A stretch of 64,000 bases of DNA from the NCBI GenBank assembly GCA_028534125.1, contig CM052818.1, forward strand, positions 36,272,001 through 36,336,000, written 5' to 3'. Position 1 is the first letter of the stretch; each line of letters starts with the position of its first letter. The DNA is from Lama glama (taxonomy: Eukaryota). The notes under the pieces are model-generated. The model saw only the letters and a program-made list of their open reading frames with translations. It was not told where the DNA came from and searched no databases. Both the position numbers and the translations under genes were made by a program. Shown piece by piece: positions 25,489 to 37,470 of the stretch.

Positions 25489-28403
25489 GTTTCTGCTTTT
25501 AATAGAGTTGCCAGATTGCCTTTCACAGATTTTTTACTGAACAATGCATCATCACATGCCCATCAGCATCCTATGGGACTGTCCTGTCCCTCACATCCTC
25601 ACCAATCTGATGAGTGTGAAGTGGCATTTCACTTCTGTTAATTTGTATTTCCTTTGTTGTTAGTGAATTTGAGTATGTATTCATTTTTTTGGCCAATTGA
25701 ATGTGAATTACCTGTTGTTCATTTTTTCCTGTTGAGTTAGCAGTTTACAAGAGGTTTTTGTATATTGTAGAAACTGATATATATGTAATAGTCTAGATTT
25801 TCTTGCGTTATTTTATTATATTAGTTTTTACATTTAAGTTTCTAAACTTTAATTAAAATTTTCCAAGAAATAGATAACCAGTTGTGCTACCAACATCCAT
25901 CTTTATCTCACTGAACTTGATCTACCACATTTGTCGTTGTAAACTTGTATATCCTGGGATCTAACTGTGGATTCTTCTTGCTGCAGCTACTGTAATGCTG
26001 ATCTCTTTACCTAGAACTTTAATAATACCACACTGATTTGATTATGGCAGACTTACATATCTTCGTTTTAAAAGATATTTGCAGAATGTTGGTGTGGAAA
26101 TCAATAATAAATAATATGTAAATTGCTATTTAAATAACAGTCAAAAAGAGATACTTTAGTTTTTTCATAAACTACTGTTTGACTCAAGGATGTAGATTTT
26201 TAAAAGAACCAAAGAATATTTAAAACTGAACTAATTATTTTTATTATAAAAATGTCAAACATGTAGTAAAATGTATTTTTTATTATGAAAAGTTGTAAAC
26301 ATATAGGAAGGCTACAAAATGAAACCCTATCTATATGTATCACCTGGATTTAACAATTGTTAATATTTTGCCATAATTGTTTCCTTTTTGTTGTTTTTGT
26401 TTTCTAAAATATTTTTTTAAGTAGAGACATCATGGTATTTCACCCAGAAGTATATTGGGATGCTATTCTAAAGTGTAAGCACATGTTCTTTAATTATCAC
26501 AGTACTATTATCATACTTGATAACATTAATAATAATTACTTAATATCATCTAATACCTAGTCCTTATTCAAATTCCTAAATTGTCCCCAAAAACCAGTTA
26601 AATCACAAATAAGTCAGTTAAAAATCAGTTAAATCACTGATTAAAAAAATTTTTTTAAGTTAATTCCACAACCATGTTAGGGATCTTAGTTGTATCATGT
26701 ATCAAAGCTAATTGAAATAGATATTTAAAACATTTAACATCTCAATTCTAGATTTTTGAAGAGCATTTTTCCCACATTGTCTTCAGCCAGAATAGACATT
26801 TAAATGGTTTTATGTAACTCCATGAAGTTTTCTGTATATTTTCAGTAAATAAAATTTTTGTTTTAAAAAATTATAGTACTTATAAATGTGAAATCTAGTT
26901 TGGATTTTTTTCCCTCCATGATTTTTCAAATTTTTTTTTCTTTTTTCCCTTGTTCTTTCTCTTTTTGAATAGGTAATTCATTTGCTTGGTTTAGAAAAAC
27001 AAAACATTATTTTAATAGAAAGCTATATACTGAGAAGTCTTACTCTCACCCCATCTCTGTTCATCCTGTTCCCCTCACCTCCCATAAGTAACCATTTTCA
27101 TTTTTATTTCTCTATGCAGAGATTAGCAGGTCTTGTTATATATTTTTGTTTTTCCTTTTGTTACACAAAAGGTAAGGTACTATATACAGTATTCTGCATC
27201 ATGTTCCATTGGGTAATATAATCTCAAGAACTCTGTATCAGCACACAGAGCTCTTTTTTATTTTTTTTACAGCTGCATAGTATTGTTTTCCCCTCATTAC
27301 AAAAGTAATATATGCTCATTGAAGAAAAATTTAACCAATAAAAGAATATTTAATGTTCAAAGTGAAAATTCTTCATAACCCAACCCTTAGAGAAAACCAC
27401 AGATGTAGTTAGTAAACAAAATATTTATCCCATTTTTTTCTATGCATTTACGAAAACTTTTGTTAATCTAAAATATAATACCTAATTGTTTGATTTTATT
27501 TTTATTTACATACATTATTTCATCAAACAATATGTTTTAAACATTTGTAAATGTGAAATTCTGCATTTTTTTAAAGTAAGAAGACATGTGGGGTTTTTTT
27601 ACCTTTCAATTCCTCAGCTTCTCAGTTTATAATGAACTAATCCAACCAAACTATTATCAATAAGTACCTCTGGAGGGTAGAATTTTGGGGACTTTACTAC
27701 CTGCATTATAAATTTCTGTTTTACCTTTTAATGTTGAACACATATTCCAAGAAAAGAAAGCAAAATAATCAAAAGCAATGAAGTTTCCCCTATACTTTCA
27801 GAAGCCCCATTTTATAAGAGTTAAATGATTAGTTGCTTATGGCCAATACAGTTTATTCATGTGACATCTTTTAGAATGTTACTACATAGTAGACTTACCT
27901 TTTGAGTTTTTCATTCTATCACAAATAGAGTACAGTTTACCTTTTATTGTTGAAATTATTTTTTATTATTTAATAATTTCTTAGCAGTCAGAAAATGAGT
28001 AGTGATAATTTTAACAAGAAAGTGAGTTAGACATACAACGTGTAAAACTTTAGAAAATGCTTACATGAAGATATTGCTTCAACTAATATAGAATTAGAAG
28101 GTTTTCTTACTCTTGTGTTCTGTGGATATACTTTTGGACTCCATGTATCTTAAATTAGAGCAATAGATGTTTTATATTTTCTTTCTCTAGGGATATTTGA
28201 AACCATTTTAAAAGATGAGTTAATTTTTAATATGACTTTTTAGAATTTAAACATCACTTTCACTTATACTTTTTTCTAAACTAAGTGGGTTTACCACAGT
28301 TTGTTTATTTTATTTATGCAAATTCTCTGCTCCTCTACTATGTAGGGCAGTCTTTCTTGGAACTTTTTCCCTAATAAAGAAAACACAAAGTTTCTTAGTT
28401 ATA

Positions 28404-28708
28404 CAGGCATACTTCATTTTATTGTGCTTTGCAGATAATGTGTTTTTTACAAATTGAAGGATTTTGGCAACTCTGGATTATCAGATGATAAGTAGCATTT
28501 TTAAGCAAGAAAGCATTTTTAAATTAATGTATGTACATTGTTTTATGAGACATAATGCAATTGCACACTTAAATGGACTACAGCATAGCACAGACATAAC
28601 TTCTATTTGCACTGGGAAACCAAAAATGCGTGTGGCTCACTTTATTGCGATATTTGCTTTATTCTGGTGATCTGGAACTGCACGCACAGTATCTCTAAGG
28701 TATGCCTG
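28404..28708. mobile_element. Tigger1-derived MITE
   Basis: TA|CAGGCATAC...GTATGCCTG|TA terminal inverted repeats and TA TSD. Confidence 0.88.
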
Positions 28709-29082
28709 TACCTAAAACAGCCAAGCAGTTGTTCCTCACCATGAGATTGTGTCTCTCAGGCTGCCATCCATCATCCTATAGTGTTATTAGTCATATCCTA
28801 GGAAAGCCAGTAAGTAGCAATAAAGACAGACCCTGGAGAAAGAGCAGAGCAAAAGGAAAAGGAAATTAGGGTTAGGGGTTGTGTTTTATCAGATTCTTTA
28901 GTTATGTTAAATAATGCAGCAAAAAGCTCCTTATTTAAAACTGAAGTCTAGCTGATAGTGCTAATAGAGAAGGATTTTTAAAACTATGCATTCTGTTCTT
29001 AGGAATAGAATAGGAATTCTTAGGAATGTTAATGACATTGATTCTGCAATCAGTTTAATGACTTTTATTTTTATTTTTGAAG

Positions 29083-29200
29083 AAGTCTTGTTTTGTAGGT
29101 CCTGTTGTTGGAAAAAGAGATATCCTTCTCTGCAATGGTAAATTAAGACTCAGTACACTTCAGGAGACTTTTGGCCTATCACTTATTGAAATGCTGCATG
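29083..29200 (+). CDS. WDCP: WDCP second coding exon
   Basis: 118 nt; KSCFVGPVVGKRDILLCNGKLRLSTLQETFGLSLIEMLH(G); T-rich acceptor and G|GTGGGT donor. Confidence 0.9.
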
Positions 29201-29804
29201 GTGGGTAAAATTGAGAAATTGACTCTACCCAACACCCCCTTCCTCTGTTTTGTAACTTTTCACTGGTAATGAAAATGAAGTGTACCAACCATTAGCGATT
29301 CCTTAGATCGTTAAAAAGTATTATTAAATTGCCTGCTGTATACCCAGGCCTGTTATAGGTTCCAAAACACATGGAAAATACGGGTTCTGCCCTAAGGAAC
29401 TTACAATCTAGCTGGAAAACCTAAGTGGACACATGAAAAAACTAGAATAGAGCAATATATTTATATACCTATGGCACTAAAACATAGAGATCATAGCATT
29501 GCAGAATATTTCTTCAAGGAGTTGTCATTATAATATGCAGCAAACATATGGATGTGAAGGACACTTCTTGATGGCAAAGGACTGAGTGCTGCCTGATTTC
29601 CATCTGATGGAGATGGTGGTGGTTTTCTTATGCCTCATTTGGTAGTTGCTGCACTGAATATAATACTTTGTTTCATTTTTTTTTCCCCCTTAAAGTTGTA
29701 GTATCAGCACTTTTCTTTTTTGAGACATGCATGTATGATATGACTTCATAATTGTCATTTTTACTGGGTGGGATTAATACTCCATCTGGGGTGAACCATG
29801 TATT

Positions 29805-29995
29805 TTTTCTTCAGTTTTATTGAGGTATAATTGACATGCAACACTTTATAAGTTTAAGGTGTACAGCATAATTATTTGACTTACATACATCATGAAATGA
29901 TTACCACAGTAAATTTGGTAAACATCATCTCATATAGATGCAAAATTGAGGAAATAGGAAAAATTTTTTTTCCTTGCTATGAGAAGGATTTAGTC
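29805..29995 (-). mobile_element. L1MA-like 3' end fragment
   Basis: 'ttttattgaggtataattgaca...tttaaggtgtacagcat' is a typical antisense L1 3' end. Confidence 0.75.
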
Positions 29996-30718
29996 CCTTC
30001 ATACTGTATTTTACTTTGCCATATTTTCTTTGACATTTAGGTGGTTTCCAATTTTTTACTATCATAAATAACACTCTAATAAAAACTCTGCATATTTTAC
30101 ATGTTTTTAGAAAGTGTAGATTTTCAGAAGTAAAATATACAGAGTCAAAAGGTGAGACACAGTTGACTCGAAAGAACCAGAGAAGGTCTAGGCATGTGTT
30201 ATGCTAATGGCCCTATGTTAACCTGGAACAAATCATTCAGGATTATCTGGACCATTCTAGTCTAGCTGTAGTGAGCTCAGCCTCCTTGGGTGTCTAGAGG
30301 CTGGTATGGATCTCAAGAATATAGACGATTCCTCCATAGAGTAGCTATTCCCAACTTCACATAGTTTCTGGAGAAACTGTGGGACAGCATGTAGGTAAGA
30401 TAGGGGCACGCCACACACAACCTCTAACATGTATGCACACACAAGTTCAAATGCATAGCACTGAGTGATTAATGCCTAGACAGGGTAAAAATATATGTCC
30501 CTTAGCTATGCCTAACTCATCAACATCCCCTTCCTGCCATGTAACCTGACCCTAAGTTATACACTGTCCTTTCATCTCCCCATTCTCTAAAGTTTTGTGA
30601 TGATCAGGTTCAAGATTGTCAACTACTACATTCTCAAAAAAACTATATTTGTCGTATTTTTCTTTATAGAATAAGATAAAACATCCTAAACTGCGTTTGT
30701 GTCTATTTTCCTTTGCAG

Positions 30719-30837
30719 GCTCCCACTGGATCCTTCTCTGTGCTGATAGCGAAGGTTTCATCCCGTTAACTTTCACAGCCACACAGGAAATAATCATAAG
30801 AGATGGCAGGTCAGATGTCTTCAGAGACTCTGTCTGA
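30719..30837 (+). CDS. WDCP: WDCP last coding exon
   Basis: ttgcAG acceptor; (G)[41 protein letters not shown]; spliced CDS 2052 nt = 683 aa. Confidence 0.9.
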
Positions 30838-32464
30838 GACTCTTGATCTTGGTCCTTGAAGTTTGTAGAGACCTCTAGCCCATAGTATACATACTAGCGC
30901 TGTCCTAACCATTTAGGCAGTGTGGCCTGATACTGGTTTGCAGAGTATTTGCTGAGTAGCCCTTCAGATGAGGCCATTACAAACAAGATCTGTTTTCTGA
31001 GGCAGACTCTCCCCAGCTGGGATTTGCACTGTTGTTCAGAGGTGAAGCACTTGCCATGGTTGGCTTGGCCACTTTTCTCCCTTGGGGCTGACGCTCCCTG
31101 CTCTGCAGCAGAGCCCAGTCTTTGTTAGATGGCACAGAAAGTGGTTAGTTATGTATTCATGACTGTGTGGTTTTGTCTCAGGGCAGAATTCCCAGCACAA
31201 AACAATATTATGGTGCCATATGGATTGTGTTTTATGGTTTCTCTGAGGCTTTCTGTCCCTTGCCCAAAATGGTATTAAAGCTCTTAGAAGCACTTAAAAG
31301 ATACCTCAGCATTGTTACAGATCTTTTTCTTGGCTTGAGTGTGAAGAGTGCTGGAGAACATCTGCTCCAGCATCTTTTTACCCTAAACCAGCGGGAATCG
31401 GCAGAGTTCAAAGCAAGACAAAAAATCGGTTGACTTCTCCTAGTGCTTCCTGGAACAGGAAGTAGCTCTAATGTTGACTGGACCTCAGGATTTAAACCTA
31501 ACCCTTTCGCTTCCCTAGAAAATTCTTGCCGACAGCCATCCAGATACTCGTAAAAACTGGCCCTGAGCAAGTTTCAAATGAAATTTAAATGCTTTGACTC
31601 CCTCTGGGTCCCACTTGTGTGTGTCCTGATGTTACTGATGTGGGGCCTATGGCATGATTTTGTGCTGTTGCCCCTAATGATTTTCTCCCTGGTATGTTCC
31701 CCCCTCTCCCACTTTATGGATCATAAAAATATCCTGTTTCTCTCCCAGTAATCAACTCCCTTAGTTAAACTATCGCTTTAAATTTTGTTATTTTTCTCCT
31801 CCCTTCCCTGCCATTCAAATCTTAGAGACCAGCATAGAGTCTGTGAGAGAAAGTATTTCAGAAAATTAGAGGTTTCACTAAATCTGAGATATTTTATTAT
31901 AATTATGGGCTAAAGTGCCAGCTTAGTATAATGGAAAGAGCCCTGATTCCAGGTTTGGATGGACTCACAACTCCTCACTGCCTTCAAACAGAATCATAAA
32001 CTTCAGTCTCTGCAGCATAACAAGTGGATTGGCATGTGGCTAGTCAGAGCACATCTGCAGATGAATTTTTCTGCCATAGCAGCTCATATGCATAGGAGTA
32101 CATATGCATCTTTTCCCCATTTTCTTTTAAAATTTTCTGGAAAGAAGTATTCTGTACCCTTGAGGACTCCTGTCTGTCTGTTACAGTTTATGAAGATGGA
32201 GCTGGGATAGGGAAGAAGCGAGGGCCCATTTGTGGTTGAAACGCATTAGAGAGATGCTGGGATAATGGAAGTGGAGGCCACTTGTCTGTAATCAGTCGCC
32301 TGAGAGCAGTGGCTGAGTGGTCTGAGGCCTGGCTCCATTCTCAACGGAAGTGTCCGGCGTAACATATAACTGTGAAGCCTCAAGAGGGGGCTTGGTCGTC
32401 CCTGTAGTAAGATCAGTGTGGGTGCCTCCAAGTGTACATTTTAATCATCATTTCATGAGTCTTC

Positions 32465-32470
32465 AATAAA
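32465..32470 (+). terminator. WDCP: WDCP polyadenylation signal
   Basis: AATAAA followed by GT-rich 'ggttgttgtggctgctgtg'; about 1.6 kb 3'UTR. Confidence 0.7.
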
Positions 32471-33438
32471 ATCACTAATGGTTGTTGTGGCTGCTGTGAA
32501 CATTTTGATAGTATTTTTGTGATTGTTGTGGTATAGACGAACGTTCTTGATTTTACGTATGTGTATGTTGTATTTCTTCTGCTGGACAGTCCAGAATATA
32601 AATTATTCTTTATAGCAGATCTGATTCCATGACAACTCTCAAACAAAAGAAGTTTCCTTGGCCTCTACTGTTTATAGTCTTTGGAATAATAGAAGATAAT
32701 TCAGTATTGGTTTTGGAGACAGGGAGAGAAGAGCTAAATTCTTTAAATTATTCTTTAATGTTATATTGAGAATATTTGGGGGAAAAAAGACATTATTTAC
32801 AAATTCCATTTTGTGCCCAAATTTTTCTAAATTTTGTATTGGTATTATTTCAGAAGTGCAATAGTTGTATAGGAGGGCTGAATAAAAAGTGAACCACGTA
32901 CCACCCAACTTAAGAACCAGAACATTAATAGAAACCATTCAAGTCCCCTGGGTAGCCCTTCTGGATACTTCTCCATAGAGATAACTCCACCCCAGAGGTA
33001 ACTAATCTCTTGATTGTTGTAATTATCATTTCTTCATTCCTTTTCTTTCTTTTTAAAAGGATTTTCACCAAAATCACATGTATACATTGGCCTAAACAAT
33101 GTAATGGTTATTTCCCCTTGTTTTGGAGCTTTATACAATGGTGTTTTATTGTATATACTTTTCTGCAGCTTGCCTTTTTTTCACTCAGTACTGTTTCTAG
33201 GATTTATACTTGTTATGTGTATGTTCTACTGCTTTCATTGTTTCGAGTTACCACAGTTTATCCAGTTTCTTGCTGTGCACATTTGGATTATTCCCTGGTT
33301 TTATTTTTGCAATTATAAACAGTATTGCTTGTTAAACGTCACCTGATGCAGGTGTTCGAAAAGTCTAAGGGCTCTTACCTAGACATGAAATTGCTGGAGC
33401 ACAGGGTGTATGTAAATTCAAATTATTTTCCAAGGTAG

Positions 33439-33945
33439 CGTGGACTGAAGTAAAATGCACAACCTATAAGTTGAGAGTTATGTTTTATTCGGCAGGCTTT
33501 GAGGAGTCGAACCCGGGAGGCAGCCTTTCAGATTGCTTTAAGAAACTGTTCCAAAGTGGCCGGGGAGGCTCCAGGACATGTAGGGGTTTTGCCACAAAGA
33601 CTAGGTAGTCAGAACCTCAAAAGATGACTGTCAATTAAAGAAAACCGGATATCTCAAGTTAAGGAATTTAATGCTTTTCTTTGTATGGGAAGGTGCAAAG
33701 TTCTGGGCTCATTGAAATCATTCTTTTGATATGCACCTAGCTAACTAGGGCCAGAATCCTGTTCTTTCCATCCTGACTTCCCTCAGGGTGCACTGTTGTG
33801 GGTGGCAAGCAGAGCCGGGGGCTGCCTGCTTGTCTGCATCCTGAGTTCCTTCCATTCACTGTCGGGGGTGGTGGTAACAGCTGATGACTTGATGGCCACA
33901 ACATCCTTTCTTTACTAATATGGCTGGCACTATTTTTCATTCACA
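33439..33945 (-). mobile_element. ERV1 solo LTR (MER41-like)
   Basis: About 507 bp ending ...TCACA, flanked by a GTAG/GTGG 4-bp TSD-like pair; TTTATT poly(A) signal near 33484; MER41-like core 'atctcaagttaaggaattta..gcttttct'. Confidence 0.75.
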
Positions 33946-34334
33946 GTGGTTATATCAATCTTCACTCCCAACAGCAATGTTATCAGAACTATTGTTCTAT
34001 AGGCTTAAGGCTTCTTAATTTATGACCCTCTAGTATTCCAAATGGTTTCTCATTGTGATCCTAATCTTTATCAACAATGAAATTGAGCATCAATTTATTG
34101 TCCATTCCAGTTTTCTCTTTTGCAAAATGTCTGTTTATGTCTTATGCCCAAATTTCTTTTGGGTTGTCTTTTTTTTTTTTTGTCCTGTTGTAGAGATTCT
34201 TTTTATTTTATTTTATTTTTATTGAATTATAGTTGATTTATAATATTGTATTACCAAGTTGTGAGGGTTCTTTATATATTCTAGATATCATTAATGTGGC
34301 TAACTTCACCCAGTTTGTGACTTGTCTTTTTCTT

Positions 34335-34468
34335 TTTTTTTTTTTTTTAACAGTTTTTGAGTTATAGTCATTTTACAATGTTGTGTCAAATTCCAGTATA
34401 GAGCACAATTTTTCAGTTATACATGAACATACATATATTCATTGTCACATTTTTTTTCCCACTGTGAG
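34335..34468 (-). mobile_element. Young 5'-truncated L1 insertion
   Basis: Poly-T then an L1 3' end, with a perfect 18-bp TSD GTGACTTGTCTTTTTCTT (34317-34334 / 34469-34486). Confidence 0.88.
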
Positions 34469-35104
34469 GTGACTTGTCTTTTTCTTGATTGTGTGTTTTG
34501 TTGAAGAAACATAGTTAATTTTAATGAAATCACATTTATCTTTCTTTTTAATGGAAGTTTTGTCTTTCACATATATTTCTCTAGTCAGCATTCTGTTGAG
34601 TACTTGAGGGGAACCTCTCCCAAGGTTTCACTGTATGTCGTTCTCTCTTCCACTATTCTGACCTGCAAACTCTAGCCACTTTGGTGTCCTCCAACTCATC
34701 TTCTCAACTCAGGGTGTCCTCTGGGCTCCAAATGGTTCTCTTCACTGTCATCTGGAAACTCTCAAGATGATATGCTGGGGCAGTCATAAGCTTCACCTCA
34801 TTTGTTTCCTGTTTCTCAGAGATCACTCCTTTGTTGCCTGATGCCCAGGGCTTTGAAAACAGTTGTTTCATATATTCAGTCCTTTTTTTTTTTTTTTTTT
34901 TTTTTGATAATTGTTTCAGCCAAGAGGCAAGATGTGGTCTCTGTGTACATCATGGCCAGGAACAGAATTCTTCCACATCTTGTTCATTTATTCTTAAGTA
35001 CTTTATATTTTTTGTTGCTACTGTGAATGATATCTTTTAAAATTTATATTTTATAACTGTTGCTGGCATATAAAAATACAATTTGTTTTTATTTTATATC
35101 CAAC

Positions 35105-35746
35105 TGTTAGAGCAGGCAGATAGCTAGATATGAGCAGAGAAAGGGGGACACAGACCAAATGGCAGGAATTGGGCAGAAAGGAGGGGCACAAGCCAAATGC
35201 AGGAAAACATACATCATGTAAGCACCAGGGGTCCCTGGGCAGAAAAAGAAAAGCAGGAATCTTTGGGCTGATAAGGGGCCACACCTTTTGGCCTGGAGAC
35301 CAACAAAGAAAGGTCAGAAAAGGCAGGAATTTCCAGTGTCCCAATGTAATCTTTTGCTCATTATGCCCTCATTTCGATAAATTAGCCTTGCGGATCAGAA
35401 GTACCCATCATGCACCAACACCATGACACTTCTGATCCAGACTAAGGACAAAAATCCCTCCTCCCTTTGGGAAGGTGGAGTTGGGATGATAATCAGGAAA
35501 TATGACCCCAAGCCCTTCCCTCCTCAATGAATATTCCGCTCATTCATTTTTACACCCTATGTAACTAACTTGCCAAAGAAACCCAGGGCAGCTGCTCACC
35601 TGAGCCTGCCAGCTCTCCCTCTGAGAGTGTACTGTCCATCCTTGAATAAATCCTCACTTTACTTTTCTTAACCTCTATGTCTTGTCTCTGAATTGTTTCT
35701 GGGACAGGACAAGAACCTGGAACACTGGTTGGATTCACCAGCAACA
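35105..35746 (+). mobile_element. ERV solo LTR (class I-like)
   Basis: TGTT...AACA termini, perfect 4-bp TSD CAAC, AATAAA at 35645, 642 bp. Confidence 0.88.
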
Positions 35747-35927
35747 CAACTACCTTGCTATATATTCTTATTAATTCTAATAACTTATCTGTAGATAAAT
35801 TCTTTTGGGTTTTCTATGTAGGCAATCATATCATTCACAAATAATGACAATTTTGTTGATGGTGGGTATGCTTTCCTTATACCTGATTTTAAAGGGATTA
35901 TTTTATCATTAAAAATGTTTTGCTTGT

Positions 35928-36070
35928 GGGGAGGGTATAGCTCGGTGGTAGAGTACATGCCTAACATGCATGAGGTCCTGGGTTCAATCTCTAGTACCTC
36001 TGTTTCGATAGGATGGATAGATAGATAGATACGTAAATAAATACTAATTACCCCCCCAAAAGTTAAAAAT
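35928..36070 (+). mobile_element. Vic-1-like tRNA-derived SINE with a (GATA)n tail expansion
   Basis: GGGGAGGGTATAGCTCGGTGGTAGAG...GGTTCAATC...CTAATTACCCCCCC. Confidence 0.85.
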
Positions 36071-37324
36071 AATGATGTTTGCCCAAGATTTTTGGTAGAT
36101 ATCCTTTCTCGGGTTTAAAAATGTCCTTTTCTTCTTGGTTTACTAAGAACTTTTATCATGAGTGTTAGATTTTTATCAAATGCTTCCTTCTACAACTGCT
36201 GAGATAACTTTTTCCACCCTTAATCTGTTAATGTGGTAAATCTCACTTGATGAATTTTTCTAACATTAAACAAACTTTGCGTTCTTGGAATAAACCCGAT
36301 ATGTTGATGATGTACTTATTTTTTAGACATTACCAGACTCAGTTGCTAATACTTCGTTCTACATTCTTGCTTCTGTGTTCATGAGTAAGATTAGCTGCAC
36401 TGTCTCTTCAGCAGGGAGGCAAAGGCCAGGTTTAATGGATTAAGGAGGTAAGGTCAGGTGAGGATGAAGAGAATGCTATGGAGCGGAGGGTGTGGGGAGA
36501 AGAGTAGAGCAGATTATCTGGAGAAGAGAATGCTAAGGGAACAAGGAAAGGCTGTTTTTGTTTGAGGAAGGCAAGTGAGCATTCACTTGTTCATTTAGCA
36601 AATACTTATTCCTATTGAACGTTTAACTTCTGGGCACCAAGGATGTAGTGGTTAAAGCCCCCCTCATGACATTTACATTTTAACGGGGGTATCAAGCAAT
36701 AAACAAGAAAGCCGTTGATAAATTTATAACTGTATGTGGAGGTGAGCTTACTGAATACAAGCAAAGCCCGTGGAGCTTAGAGAGTGGGGGGTGGAGGAGG
36801 CCATTGTCGGCGGAGCAGGGACGCAGGAAAGGCCTCTCTGAAGAAGTGACGTTTTAGCAGCAACCTGATCTTGTGAAGCCTTGAGGCCATCCTAGGGCCT
36901 AAGTTGGTGGGATGCACAGGAGGGGCTGGGAGGGGCTTGAGTAAGTGAATGGCATGATCTTCTGGATTTACGTCGAGATGGAAAAGGCAGTGGAGAAGGA
37001 AGGGGTGAGGGGAGATGCCTGCCTTTACCAGCCATAGGCCAGGGCTGGCCTTGGTGGCAAGGAGAGATCCTTTCCTCTGAAACAGGAGGACGGGCCCAGA
37101 GGGTGGGTGTCAGAGGAGGGATGTGCACATGTGCAGAGCTCAGTTGTCAAATGTAAGCCAGACGAAGGTCGGAGGCCAGAAATAATGGGAATCACAGTGG
37201 AACTGGAGCATAGAGTCAGAGGCAAGATGCTGGTGTTTGGTTTCAGAGGAGAAGTGATCCTGTGATACCAAAGTCTGGGATGGGCCATTCCTCCAATAAA
37301 TGTTTTAACCCCTGGCTATCTCCA

Positions 37325-37470
37325 CAAGCTTTGGAATCAGGCCAACTTGGATACAAGACCATTTCTACTACCAACTGACCTTGGGTGAGTTGCTTAATCT
37401 CTCTAAGCCTATTTCCTTATCTGAAAATGAGAATAGTACTGCTTCATAGGACTGCTGTGAGGAAGAAATG
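37325..37470 (+). mobile_element. MIR SINE
   Basis: Core 'tgaccttgggtgagttgcttaatctctctaagcct..tttccttatctgaaaatgagaatagta'. Confidence 0.75.

Larger units (their letters stand above)
32770..36400 (-). mobile_element. Old antisense L1M (L1ME-like) host interrupted by younger insertions
   Basis: L1 antisense motifs resume across each insertion (for example 'ttccaag...gtggttatatcaatcttcactcccaacagcaatg', 'ttttctatgtaggcaatcatatcat'). Confidence 0.7.
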
